Part shown: one piece after another, positions 51,840 through 63,953 of the stretch
How the letters are laid out: every line of letters begins with the position of its first letter
Numbering within the stretch: position 1 is the stretch's first letter
Source of the DNA: Isurus oxyrinchus
Lineage: Eukaryota
Direction of reading: 5' to 3'
Assembly: GCA_026770705.1 (NCBI GenBank)
Contig: JANJGN010000052.1
Location: 4,030,001 to 4,094,000 of the forward strand
DNA length: 64,000 bases
The notes under the pieces: model-generated
The model's database searches: none
What the model saw: only the letters and a program-made list of their open reading frames with translations
Told to the model about the DNA's origin: nothing
Made by a program: the position numbers and the translations under genes

Positions 51840-52915
51840 GGGAAAACTCTCCACTCGTTGGATTCATACCAAGTACAAAGGAAGGTGGTTGTGGTTGTTG
51901 GAGGTCAGTCATCTCAGTTCCAGGATATCACTGCAGGAGTTGCTCAGTGTAGTGTCCTAGGCCCAACCATCTTCAGCTGCTTCATCAATGACATTCATTC
52001 TATCAGATGGTCAGAATTATGGATGGTCACTGATGATTGCACAACGTTCAACATCATTCATGACTCATCAGATGCTGAAGCAGTCCATGTCCAAATGCAG
52101 CAAGACCTGGACAATATCCAGGCTTGGCCTGACAAGTGGCAAGTAACATTCATGCCACACAAGTGCCAGGCAATGACCATCTCCAACCAGAGAGAATATA
52201 TCCATCTCCCCTTAATGTCCAATAGCATCACCATTGCTGAATCCCCCACTATCAACACTCTGGGGGTTATCATTGACTAGAAACTGAACTGGACTAGCCA
52301 TATAAAAACTGTGACTATAAGAGCAGGCCAGAGCCTGGGAATCCTGTGGTGAGTAACTCGCCTACTGACTCCCCAAAGCCTGTCCACCAACCTCAAGGCA
52401 CAGGTCAGGAGTGTGATGGAATACTCTCCACCTGTCTAGGTGAGTGCAGCTCTAACAACACTCAAGAAGCTCGACATCGTCCAGGACAAAGCAGCCCCGC
52501 TTGATTTGCACCCCATCCACAAACATTCTCTCCCTCCACAACTGACGCACAGTGGCAGCAGTGTGTGTACCATCTACAAGATGCAACACAGGGAGTCACC
52601 AAGCCTCCTTAGACAGCACCTTCCAAACACATGACCACTACCATCTAGAAGGACAAGGGCAGCAGAAACATGGGAACACCACCACCTGGAAGTTCTCCTC
52701 CAAGTCACTCACCATCCTGACTTGGAAATATATCACCGTTCCTTCACTGTCGCTGGGTCAGAATCCTGCAACACCCTCCCAAACAGTTCTGTGGGTGTAC
52801 ATACACCACAGGGACAGCAGCAGCTCAAGAAGACAGCTCACCCCCATATTCTCAAGGACAATTAGGGATGGGCAATAAATTCTGGCCTAGCCAGTGTCAG
52901 TGAATGAATACAAAA
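51840..52915 (+). mobile_element. CR1-clade LINE RT and 3' end (5' piece at 50850-50946)
   Basis: GVAQCSVLGPTIFSCFIND, QQDLDNIQAW and 3' tail. Confidence 0.88.
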
Positions 52916-53289
52916 AAGAAGCTATTAAAATGCCCTGACATTTCTGTACAGTTTTATCAATTTAAATACGTACTCTAGTGAATAATTTCATTCTCCAAGG
53001 CACCACTTCCTGTTGTCACATGCCCTTCTGATTATTTAAATTCCTGTGTCATTGGTAATGGAACATTCCCATGTAAACATGTCACACTGTAATTACAGCC
53101 TCCTGCCAGGGGTGGTGCTCTAGTGTCCTACCTTTGCTTCTCAGAGACTGGAGGAGCTGTATACTTTGTGTTTACAATATTAGTAACACTCAGGCGTGAC
53201 CAAGGAGATTCTTATGGCCAAGTTTACGATGTTGCTAAGATACAATGGCCCCCTGGGATTTTTCCTACTGCGTTACAAGGTTGAATTGA

Positions 53290-53870
53290 AGAGATTTTTG
53301 AAGTGTCTGGCACAGTTTTATGAAGGTCCCCTCACACCCAATCTGGAGTCACTGGGTTCAGTCCAGAACACCGCACCTCAGGGAGGATATATTGTCCTTG
53401 GAGGGGGTGCTGTGCAGAGTCACCAGAACGATCCCGGGGCTGAAAGGGTTAAATCCCGAGGACAGGTTGCACAGACCAGGCTTGTGTTCCCTCAAGTCTC
53501 GAAGATTAAGGGGTGATCTAATCGAGGGGTTTAAGATGATTAAAGGATTCGATGGGGTCGATAGAGAGAAACTATTTCCCCTGGTGGTGGGGGTGAGGTG
53601 AGGGGGGGTCCAGAACAAGGGGGCAGAACATTAACATTGGAGCCAGGCCGTTCAGGGGGTGATGTCAGGAAGCACTTCTTCACACAAAGCGGGGGTGGAA
53701 ATCTGGAACTCTCTCCCCCAGAAAAAGCTGTCGAGACTGGGAGGGGTCAATTGTAAATTTCAAAACTGAGATTGGGAGATTGTTGTTGGGTCGGGGGTTA
53801 AGGGTCACGGAACCGAGGCGGGTGGATGGGGCTAAGATACAAATCGGACATGATCCAATCAAATGTTAGG
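53290..53870 (+). mobile_element. CR1 LINE 3' fragment
   Basis: RRLRGDLIEGFKMIKG and HFFTQ-like sequence. Confidence 0.8.
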
Positions 53871-54845
53871 ACGGTGAGTCTCAGGGAGGCTGGCCCAACC
53901 CCAGACGCAGCCGTCTCTGTGACCTGCTTCAACCCTGTGAGTCAGCAATGACAACATGAGTTGATGTTAGCCTGATATGTAGTGCATGGAGGGATATTAC
54001 TCTCCAGGGTGTGTGTGCATCACAGTGCTCATTCACATGTGTTCCATGTGCACCTACATCAGCTGTGTAGACATACAAGCCTCAATGCTGCATCCGGGGA
54101 ATGTGCCATGTCTCACACCTTAGCTGCAGCACGACCCTTCCCTTGGAGCTCTGTGTGCTCGAAACCTATTTTGTTATTTTTTCCTGCCGTCTCTGTGTCC
54201 CCCGACCCGGGAGTGAAAATCCGGCCTTAACTTCCACTTTCTAGTGTCTGAGACAAGAGGCAATGAGTGAGTGGGCTGACGGTCAGGATTAATGCTGTTA
54301 ATCTGTGTTTGAGGGGCTGTGAATTCTCGGGGGACTAGTTACTCTTTGAGCTGCAGCTTCCAAATTCTTATTTGATGCCGCGCATGTGGGGTTGGAAGAT
54401 TATTTTAAAACCACAGGCAGTTCACAGAAACCCACAGGAAACCCACAGAGAGACAGTCACTGGGAAACACACTCACTCCTTGTGGTTTCACCTTTTAACC
54501 ACATCCTGTCTGTGTGGCTTAAATGTTAAACACACCAGCCACACTCAGGGAGGTTTCACTCTGTGAAGCGCTTGCTCTCTCTCTCTCACAAACACATTCA
54601 CACACGTACAGACACACACAGACACACACATACACACATACATACAGACATACACAGAGACACACAGGCACGCACACACACACACTCTCACTCACACACA
54701 CACACACGCACACACACATACACAAACACACATAAACACGCTCACACACTTACAGACAGACACACACATACACACATACACACACACACACTCACTCACA
54801 CACAGGCAAACACACACACAAATATCCTGACAGCAAACTGCGATT

Positions 54846-56978
54846 AAGAGCTTCCTACAACTTAACTAACAGAACAAAGACATATTGAACTGTCTGAAAG
54901 TGACCTGTTTTTCAAAGAAATACAAGATTGCACACAGATCAAAAATGGCTGACACAAGTCATCTGATTGCTGATACTGTGAAGTTGATCACTTCTCTGGA
55001 AAGGTTCAAATGAATTGCAATGCAGACCTGTTGCATGGAAGTTCATGCCTGGTGTTTGTCAGGGTTCACTTCAAACAGGGGCGCTCTTAAAAGGAAGGCA
55101 TTAAAATGCAAAGTGCTGGACTTTGATCAGCTGTAGTTCTATCAAAACAGTAGGAACTGCTCACCAAGTGGATAATCATCAGCCATTCAAAACCCCCTGT
55201 GGAGGATACAATACCCCCATCTCCTGTTGATTTATATTTTGAAATGCATCAAATGTTTTGGAGATGCAAAGATAAAAAATGGGAATACTTGGTCTATAAC
55301 AATGAATGCAAAACATGCTGATTGAATTCCCTTCAGGAATATACAGACAGGAGTTTAACAAATGGTTCTGCCAAGCAGATATAAGAGAAAGGAGGAGGAA
55401 AAAGAAATATGGCAGTCTTCCACAAACACTGCTGGAAAAAAGCAGAAATGATTTCTCCCTCCCTCTCTTTCTGTCCCTCTCTCTCTCGCTCTCTCTGTCT
55501 GAAGCTAACAGAGAGTCTTCAACAACGTGCAAGTCTGAGCCAGATGAAATACAGGAATCTGCCGAAAACCAACTAATTTAAAACAGCTTCAAACTTCACA
55601 GCCGACGCTGCAGTACAAGCAAATGACACTTAATTTTTTATTGGACTCTATAATTATTTTACCTCTGATATCTGTGTGTATGTTTATGTGTGTGTCTGTG
55701 TGTGTGTGCCTGTGTGTCTGTTTGTGTGTGTGTGTGTGCTTGTCTGTGTGTGTGTGTGTTGTGTCTGTGTGAGCGTGTCTGTGTGTGTGCATTTGCCTGT
55801 GTGTGCGTGTGAGCCTGTCTGTGTGTGTGTCTGTGCACCTGTCTGTGTGAGTGTGTGTATGTGTGTCTAATTAAAAAATTAAAATGTGCCCCATTTTTAT
55901 TATTTTTTCTCCAGTTAGGTAACTAATAAACTGACTCTTTCTTTGACTCAACCAAACATGGTTTAATTGGTTCATTCTTAACAACCAAAGACACTTGTTT
56001 TGGAAATTGCATTTGGGGGAAAATATATTTTAAACCCTTTCTTTCAACCAACCATAATTACCTGTTAAACCTCTTAACCTCATTACTACTGAATTCAAAG
56101 CCCACATCTCAAAACATACAAGTTGGAAATTAGTTGTGACAGTTGTTTCAAGTTTCCCTCCAGGATTTGAACAGCTCAGCATTTACCATCTGTTATGTCA
56201 TAACAGAGCTTCCTTCAACTTAGCCAATGAGCCAAAAATGTATTGAACTGTTTAAAGGAGACCTGTTTTTCAAAAGTACAAGATTAGGCTCTGATCATAA
56301 ATGGCTGTCACGAGTCACCTGATTGCTGATACTGCAAACTTGATCACTTCTCTGGAAAGCTTCAAATGAATTGCACTACAGACATGTTGCATGAAAGTTC
56401 TCACTGAGGTGTGTCAGGGTCCACTTGAAACAGGGGCTCCCTTAAAAATGCAAAGCGCTGGACTTTGATCACTGTAGGTCTATCAAGGTAATGGGAACTG
56501 CTCACCATGCAGATATTCATCAATCATTCAAAACCCCTTGTGGAGGATGAAATGCCTCCATCTCCTGTAGATTTATATCTTGAAAAGCATCAAATGTTTC
56601 AGAGATGCAAAGATCAAAAAAGGGATTACTTGGTCTGCAACAATGAATGCAAGACATGCTGATCGAATTCCCTTTTGGGAATATACATACAGGAGTTTAA
56701 CAACAGGTTCTGTCAAGCAGATATAAGAGAAAGTAGGAGGAAAAAGAAAGATGGTAGTCACTCAAAAACACTGCTGGAAAAAAGCAGAAATTCTCCCTCT
56801 CTCTCTCTTTCTGAAGCTAACAGAGCATCTTCAACAAAGTGCAAATCTGAATCAAATCACCACCAGGATGACACAGGAAACCAATTAACTTTGAACAGCT
56901 GCAAACGTCAACAATGTATTTCTCAAAGACAAGCGAAGGTATTAATCATATATTCTTTTACATTTTTATTGGACTCTA
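54846..56978. repeat. Diverged tandem duplication, LTR-like (54846-56204 and 56205-56978)
   Basis: Two colinear copies starting agagcttcc(t/a)caactta; the first ends gtcataaca. Confidence 0.6.
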
Positions 56979-57410
56979 NNNNNNNNNNNNNNNNNNNNNN
57001 NNNNNNNNNNNNNNNNNNNNNNNNNNNNNNNNNNNNNNNNNNNNNNNNNNNNNNNNNNNNNNNNNNNNNNNNNNNNNNNNNNNNNNNNNNNNNNNNNNNN
57101 NNNNNNNNNNNNNNNNNNNNNNNNNNNNNNNNNNNNNNNNNNNNNNNNNNNNNNNNNNNNNNNNNNNNNNNNNNNNNNNNNNNNNNNNNNNNNNNNNNNN
57201 NNNNNNNNNNNNNNNNNNNNNNNNNNNNNNNNNNNNNNNNNNNNNNNNNNNNNNNNNNNNNNNNNNNNNNNNNNNNNNNNNNNNNNNNNNNNNNNNNNNN
57301 NNNNNNNNNNNNNNNNNNNNNNNNNNNNNNNNNNNNNNNNNNNNNNNNNNNNNNNNNNNNNNNNNNNNNNNNNNNNNNNNNNNNNNNNNNNNNNNNNNNN
57401 NNNNNNNNNC
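56979..57410. other. Assembly gap
   Basis: N run. Confidence 1.
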
Positions 57411-57589
57411 ATCTTTATTATAAATGTTATTTAAAAATAGTGATCACACAAGCCTGGTTTCTAAGGAACTGAAACTGCAAACAATTTACAGCATAGTGAA
57501 ACGTACAGGAATAATCTATTTTGAGCTGATGATATATAATTATACATGAGGCATGTTGCTAATTTCAAACATCATCTGAAATATGGCAG

Positions 57590-58480
57590 GTCTGACAGTG
57601 CAGCCTTCCCTCAGTGCCCACCCTCTGACAGTGCAGCACTCCCTCATCACTGACCGTCTGACAGTGCAGCACTCTCTCAGTGCTCACCCTCTGACAGTGC
57701 AGCACTCCCGCATCACTGACCCTCTGACAGTGCAGCATTCCCTCAGTGCTCACCCTCCGACAGTGCAGCACTCCCTCATCACTGATCCTCTGACAATGCA
57801 GCATTCCCTCAGTACTGACCCTCTGATAGTGCAGCACTCCCTCAGTGCTCACCCTCTGACAGTGCAGCACTCCCTTAGCACTGACCGTCTGACAGTGCAG
57901 CAATTCCTCAATGCTCACCCTCCAACAGTGCAGCACTCCCTCAGTACCGACCCTCTGGGAGTGCAGCACGCCCTCAGTACTGACCCTCTGGGAGTGCAGC
58001 AATCCCTCAGTGCTGACCCTCCAACAGTGCAGCACTCCCTCAGTACTGACCCTCTGACAGTGCAGCACTCCCTCAGTGCTCACCCTCTGACAGTGCAGCA
58101 CTTCCTTAGCACTGACCGTCTGACAGTGCAGCAATTCCTCAACACTCACCCTCCAACAGTGCAGCACTCCCTCAGCACTGACCCTTTGACAGTGTGGCAC
58201 TCCCTCAGCATTGACCCTCTGGGAGTGCAGCACTCCCTCAGTACTGACCCTCTGGGAGTGCAGCACTCCCTCAGTACCGACCCTCTGGGAGTGAAGCACT
58301 CCCTCAGTACTGACCCTCCGACAGTGAGCACTCCCTCAGTACTGACCCTCCAACAGTGAAGCTCTCCCTCAGTACTGACCCTCTGACAGTGCAGCACTCC
58401 CTCAGTACTGACCCTCCGACAGTGCAGCACTCCCTCAGTACTGATCTTCCAACAGTGCAGCACTCCCTCAGCACTCCCTC
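57590..58480 (-). repeat. 33-bp minisatellite (reverse orientation)
   Basis: Tandem gacagtgcagcactccctcagtactgaccctct. Confidence 0.92.
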
Positions 58481-58549
58481 ACTGGGGCGAGTCCATCCGC
58501 ATTTTGAGCTGAAACCTTGAGATGGTCTCAAAACCCCAACCTTCCATCT

Positions 58550-59069
58550 CAGAGAGAGAGAGTGCGTTTGTGTGAGAGAGAGAGACAATGTATGTGTGAG
58601 AGACTGAGTGTGTGTATGTGTGAGGGAGCAAAAGAGAGTTAGAGTGTGTGTGCATGAGAGAGGGAGGTAGCTTGTGTGTGTGAGAGAGAGAGTGTGTGTG
58701 AGAGAAAGAGAATGTCGATGTGAGAGTGAGAGTGAGTTTATCTGTGAGAGATAAAGATAATGAGAGAATGTGTGTGTGAGATAGTGTGTTTGTGAAAGAG
58801 CGTGTGTGTGATAGTATGTTTGTGTATGTGAGAGTGTGTGCGTGAGATCGTGTGTGTGTGTGTTTGAGAGAGGGTGTGTGTGTTTGAGAGAGAGGTTGAT
58901 TGTGCGTTTGAGAGAGGGAGTGAGAGAGAACATGTGTGTGAGAGCGAGAGTGTGTGTGTATGTGTGTGTGTGAAAGAGTGTTTGTGCAAGAGAGTGTGTG
59001 TTTGAGAGTATGTGTGCATGTGTGAGTGTGCATGTGTGTGTGTATGTGTGTGTGTGTGTGTGCGTGTGT

Positions 59070-59105
<36 letters not shown>

Positions 59106-59850
59106 ATTCTGACTGAGCCGAGTTCACAGTTTCACACGTTGCTAGGGATCACTTTTCCGCCTCTCTGTCAGACTGTGTGTGTGAGAGAGAGAGTGTGTGT
59201 GAGAGAAAGAGAATATCTGTGTGAGAGTGAGAGAGAGTTTATGTGAGAGAGAAAGGTAGAGAGAGAATGTGTGTGTGAGATAGTGTGTGTGCGAAAGAGA
59301 GAGTGTGTCTGTGAGAGAGTTTGAGTATGTGAGAGAGTGTGTGTTTGAGAAAGGGAGTGTGGGTGTGTTTAAGAGAGTGAACGAGTGAAAATGTGTGTAT
59401 GTGTGTGTGTGCGTGAGAGAGGGTGTGTGTGTTTGAGATAGGGAGTGTGCGAGAGCGAGGTGGTGTGCGTGTTTGAGAGAGAGGGAGATTGTGCATTTGA
59501 GAGAGGGAGTGAGAGAGAACGTTTATGTNNNNNNNNNNNNNNNNNNNNNNNNNNNNNNNNNNNNNNNNNNNNNNNNNNNNNNNNNNNNNNNNNNNNNNNN
59601 NNNNNNNNNNNNNNNNNNNNNNNNNNNNNNNNNNNNNNNNNNNNNNNNNNNNNNNNNNNNNNNNNNNNNNNNNNNNNTGTGTGCCTGTATGTGTGTGTGA
59701 GTTTATGTGTGAGCGTGTGTGTGTCTGTGTGTGTGTGTGTGTGTGTGAGTGTATGTGTGTGTGTGTCTGCGTGTGCATTCTGACTGAGCCGAGTTCACAG
59801 TTTCACACGTTGCTAGGGACCACTTTTCCGCCTCTCTGTCAGACTGTGTG
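58550..59850. repeat. GT/GA compound microsatellite with a gap at 59529-59677
   Basis: Low complexity; duplicated blocks on either side of the gap. Confidence 0.85.
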
Positions 59851-59941
59851 TATCTGACAGCAGGTCAGGCAGAAATAGTCCAGAATGCACTGTGGTTTTG
59901 TAGCATTGAAACAACGACATGAACTAAATGAGTGCTGCATC

Positions 59942-60007
59942 ACTATCAGTGTGTGGCAGAGAATGAACGTGGAGCAGTGGAGGGATTTATAACCATCTCT
60001 GTAGAAC
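59942..60007 (+). pseudogene. 3' remnant of a C2 exon
   Basis: YQCVAENERGAVEGFITISVE|gtgagt. Confidence 0.8.
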
Positions 60008-60049
60008 GTGAGTTACACAGAATTGAACATTCTCTTGTTGTTAGCTCAT

Positions 60050-61075
60050 GGGATGTGGGCATTGTTGACAAGGCCAGAAATTATTGCCCATTTGTAACTG
60101 CCCCTTGAGGAGGTGGTGGTGAGTTGCCTTCTTTAACCACTGCAGTCCATGTGGTGTAGGCACACCCACAGTGCTGTTAGGGAGGGAGTTCCAGGATTTT
60201 GACCCAGCGACAGTGAAGGAACGGCCGATATAGTTCCAAGTCCAGGGCAGACCACCACCTCAAATTCGCATCCAAATCACAAACCACACTGACTTGGAAC
60301 TGTCCTGGTGGAAGAGGTTAAGGGTTTGGAAAGTGCTGTCGAAGGAGCCTAGGTGAGTTGCTGCAGTGCATCTTGTAGATGGTGCACACTGCTGCCATTG
60401 TGTGCCAGTGGTGGAGGGTATGAATGTTTATGCTGGTGGATGGGCTGTCGATCAAACAAGCTGCTCCTGGATGGTGTCGAGCTTCTTGAGTGTTGTTGGA
60501 GCCGCACTCATCCAGCCAAGTGGAGATTATTCCATCACACTCCTGACTTCTGCCTTGTCGATAGTGGACAGGCTTTGGGGAGTCAGGAGGTGAGTTACTC
60601 ACCACAGAGTACCCAGCCTCTGACCCGCTCTTAGCCACATTATTTCCTGTTGCCAGGTGATTGCCAGGGCCAACAGCCTTTGCTGTATTCAGTATCATCA
60701 GCTGATTCCTGATGTCACGTGGAGTCAATCGAATTGTCTGAAAGCTGACATCTGTGATGCTGGGACCCTCTGGAGGAGGCCGAGATGGAGCATCCACTCA
60801 GCACTTCTGGCTGAACATGGTTGCCAATGCTTCAGCCTTGTCGTTTGCACTGATGTGCTGAGCTCCCCCATCATTAAGGATGGGGATATTTGTGGAACAT
60901 CCTCCTCCTGTTAGATCTTTAATTGTCCATCACCATTCATGACTGGATGTGGCAGGACTGCAGAGCTTAGATCTGACCCGTTGGTTGAGGGATCGCTTTG
61001 CTCTGTCTATAGCATGTTGTTTCCGCTGTTTGGCGTGTATGTAGTCCTGTGTGTCACCTCAGCAGCTTGGCACCT
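60050..61075 (-). mobile_element. CR1-clade LINE fragments
   Basis: Reverse homology to 11270-12350 and 52300-52900. Confidence 0.8.
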
Positions 61076-61268
61076 CTGTTATATGTGAATCCTCCTTATA
61101 GAAACCTGCATGTACATGGATATTATCAATAAATATTACATAGATAAATGTTATTTGTATAGACCTTTCATGCATAGACAATATCACTTCACAAGTTCAG
61201 AATTACTACATGTACATAGGGAACCATTCTCAAACTGTACCAGAGTCATTCATTGGCTGATTTTACAG

Positions 61269-61365
61269 GGCGAGATTCCAATGAATGGAAAGCAGGATTG
61301 CTTGGAGCTGGAATCTGTTTGAGTGTTGGACTGAGTGGATTCTTCATCTTCAAGTGTGTGAGAAA
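61269..61365 (+). CDS. Second TM exon (paralog of 48248)
   Basis: 97 nt, phase 1-2; RDSNEWKAGLLGAGICLSVGLSGFFIFKCVRK|gtcagt. Confidence 0.75.
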
Positions 61366-61659
61366 GTCAGTGTGAAGGTTTAATTGGTTGTTTTTGAAAA
61401 TGTTTTCTTCAACCTTCGCTCCTTATAGAAAAAACTTGCATTTCTATAGCACCTTTCACAACCCAAAACCCTTCACAGCCCCTGAAGAGCTTTGATGTTC
61501 AATCATTATTGAACACCTCATCCTACACTCCCTGTTTGACAACTCAGTCCTGTAACTGGCAGTTTTGACCCGGACCATAAAATACCCTGTGACCCCTTGA
61601 GGATGTGAAAGGTGCTATATAAATGAAAACCTTTCTTTCGTTAGTGCATGCAATCTCAT

Positions 61660-62092
61660 TCCATTTTCCATGTTTCATTCACTCTCTCTTATCTCCACTA
61701 ATGCTGGCCTTCTCATTCTCTCTCTCATTCACTCTCTCTCCAATCTCCACTAATGCCCTCCTTCTCATTCTCTCTCTCATTCACTCTCTCTCCAATCTCC
61801 ACTAATGCTCTCCTTCTCATTATGTCTCTCATTCACTTTCTCTCCAATCTCCACTAATGCTCTCCTTCTCATTCTCTCTCTCATTCACTCTCTCTCTTAT
61901 CTCCACTAATTCACTCCTTCACATTCTTTCCATCATTCACTCTCTCTCCAATCTCCACTAACGCTCTATTTCTCATTCTCTCTCTCATTCACTCTCTCTC
62001 CTATCTCCACTAATGCTCTCCTTCTCATTCTCTCTCTCATTCACTCTCTCTCCAATCTCCACTAATGCTCTCCTTCTCATTCTCTCTCTCGT
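61660..62092. repeat. 52-bp pyrimidine-rich minisatellite
   Basis: Unit ctccactaatgctctccttctcattctctctctcattcactctctctccaat, about 8 copies. Confidence 0.9.
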
Positions 62093-62382
62093 CCTCTTAC
62101 ACGTTGTTCAGTCTCTCACATTTTTAAGGAGCGCTGAGCTACATCTGCTCCTTCAGAAGATCCACCTCAACACCTGGAGTGAGCAGTGAATTGAAACTCG
62201 CTCAACGACTGCTCAGCTTTACACAGGAATCACGTCACAGAGTCAGGACACAAAGGGTTAACTGTTTTCTTTCAACACAACACTAAGGCCCTACGTTTCA
62301 ATGAAAGGGTTTTCACAATTGTTCCCCAATTCCTGATTTTGTCTCACAGAGACACATCAACCCTTTCTCATTAAATACACAG

Positions 62383-62467
62383 AGGGAGCAGCACAGGAAG
62401 AGGTCATTCAGCCCAAGCAGAGCGTGTGGGCAGTTCCTCCCCAGGCGAGCAGTCGGACAGGTCCTGG
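62383..62467 (+). CDS. Candidate cytoplasmic exon (phase 2-0) of the second tail module
   Basis: 85 nt, open: GSSTGRGHSAQAERVGSSSPGEQSDRSW|gtaagt; links TM 61269 to exon 62979 in frame. Confidence 0.6.
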
Positions 62468-62978
62468 GTAAGTAACGGAACGATTGGAACTCACTTCCAT
62501 GACCAACACCGTCCTTTGTTGATGTTGTGACTTTATAAAGACAGATTCCAATGATTGATGCCTTTGAAAGATTTCTACTGATTATTGAGATCTGGGTGTG
62601 AGGCTCAAGTCTGTTGTACAGAACATCTTTCTGGTTAAATTATACAGACAGGTTACACACAGTCTACGATTATATTCCCTCGGGCCTAGAAGATTAAGGA
62701 GTGATCTAATTGAGGGGTTCAAACTGATTAAACACTCGATAGGGTCGATAGAGAGAAGCTATTCCCTCGGGTGGGGGTGGGTGGTGGGGGTCGGGTGGAG
62801 TCCAGAACAAGGGGGCCGGAACTTCAGATTGGAGCCAGGCCGTTCAGGGGTGATGTCAGGAAGCACTTCTTCACACAAAGGGGAGTGGAAATCTGGAACT
62901 CTCTCCCCAATAATCAAACCCAACACCGAATACACATCATGTTGATTGTCACTCTGTCCATTTCCATCTCTATTACAG

Positions 62979-63083
62979 AAGAGAGGCGAGGGGAAAGCAG
63001 GAATCAAATCGAACCACCGTGTTGATGAATATCGAGGTCCTGTTTATGAAAACTGTGAGCGTGGTTGGGCTTTGAGGAATCAG
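62979..63083 (+). CDS. Cytoplasmic exon with YEN motif
   Basis: 105 nt, phase 0-0; KRGEGKAGIKSNHRVDEYRGPVYENCERGWALRNQ|gtgagt. Confidence 0.7.
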
Positions 63084-63216
63084 GTGAGTCACACACCACA
63101 GGATCACCAGCCTCTCAGCTGCTCCAGTAGCCTGGTTATTGATATGGCTGCTCCAGTCCTGTATCTGCAATGTTTTATACAGTCACTCCCAAACCCAACC
63201 AAACTCACACCCAACA

Positions 63217-63737
63217 CCGTTCAGAATCAATAATCAAACCCCGTTCAGTATCAATAATCAAACCCCGTTCAGAATCAATAATCAAACCCCATTCAGTATC
63301 AATAATCAAACCCCGTTCAATATCAATAAGCAAACCCCGTTCAGTATCAATAATCAAACCCCGATCAGTATCAATAAACAAACCCCATTCTGTATCAATA
63401 ATCAAACCCCGTTCAGAATCAATAATCAAACCCCGTTCAGTATCAATAATCAAACCCCGTTCAGAATCAATAATCAAATCCCGTTCAGAATCAATAATCA
63501 AACCCCGTTCAGAATCAATAATCAAACCCCGTTCAGTATCAATAATCAAACCCCGTTCAGTATCAATAATCAAACCCCGTTCAGAATCAATAATCAAACC
63601 CCGTTCAGTATCAATAATCAAACCCCGTTCAGAATCAATAATCAAATCCCGTTCAGAATCAATAATCAAACCCCGTTCAGAATCAATAATCAAACCCCGT
63701 TCAGTATCAATAATCAAACCCTGTTCAGTATCAATAA
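63217..63737. repeat. 24-bp minisatellite
   Basis: ccgttcag(a/t)atcaataatcaaacc, about 21 copies, no spacers. Confidence 0.95.
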
Positions 63738-63836
63738 TTAATGTATCCATTGTGGGTGGAATTTTCGATTTGGATCAATAATTCTAAACACTGATCACTC
63801 TGATTGTCACTCTGATCATTTCTGTTTCTATTACAG

Positions 63837-63953
63837 AAGAAAGATGAGAAGGATCTGGAAATGAAATCTAACCGCGGAGTCAATCCTGATACAGATGATG
63901 ATCTTTACGCAAACTGTGAATTTGCCAAGGATTCTGTTTATGGGAATTTATAA
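63837..63953 (+). CDS. Terminal cytoplasmic exon with LYAN and SVYGNL motifs
   Basis: Acceptor tttctattacag; KKDEKDLEMKSNRGVNPDTDDDLYANCEFAKDSVYGNL*. Confidence 0.72.
   Translation, partial: KKDEKDLEMKSNRGVNPDTDDDLYANCEFAKDSVYGNL

Noticed and set aside
55306-56978. Paired ORFs (QEFN..FCQADIRE.RRKKK) as duplicated exons
   Set aside because: Inside an LTR-like tandem duplication with no convincing splice structure
59100-59855. About 75-bp exact duplicate (gcattctgactgagccgag...) on both sides of an N gap
   Set aside because: Probably a scaffold overlap or assembly artefact
58304-59857. HT/CV-rich ORFs, also seen in the C2 introns and at 54.5-55.9 kb
   Set aside because: (CA/GT)n microsatellite artefacts
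63139-63781. 24-bp array as a CRISPR array, or the long NNQTPF-repeat ORFs as genes
   Set aside because: Head-to-tail repeats without unique spacers, inside a eukaryotic intron, open in several frames
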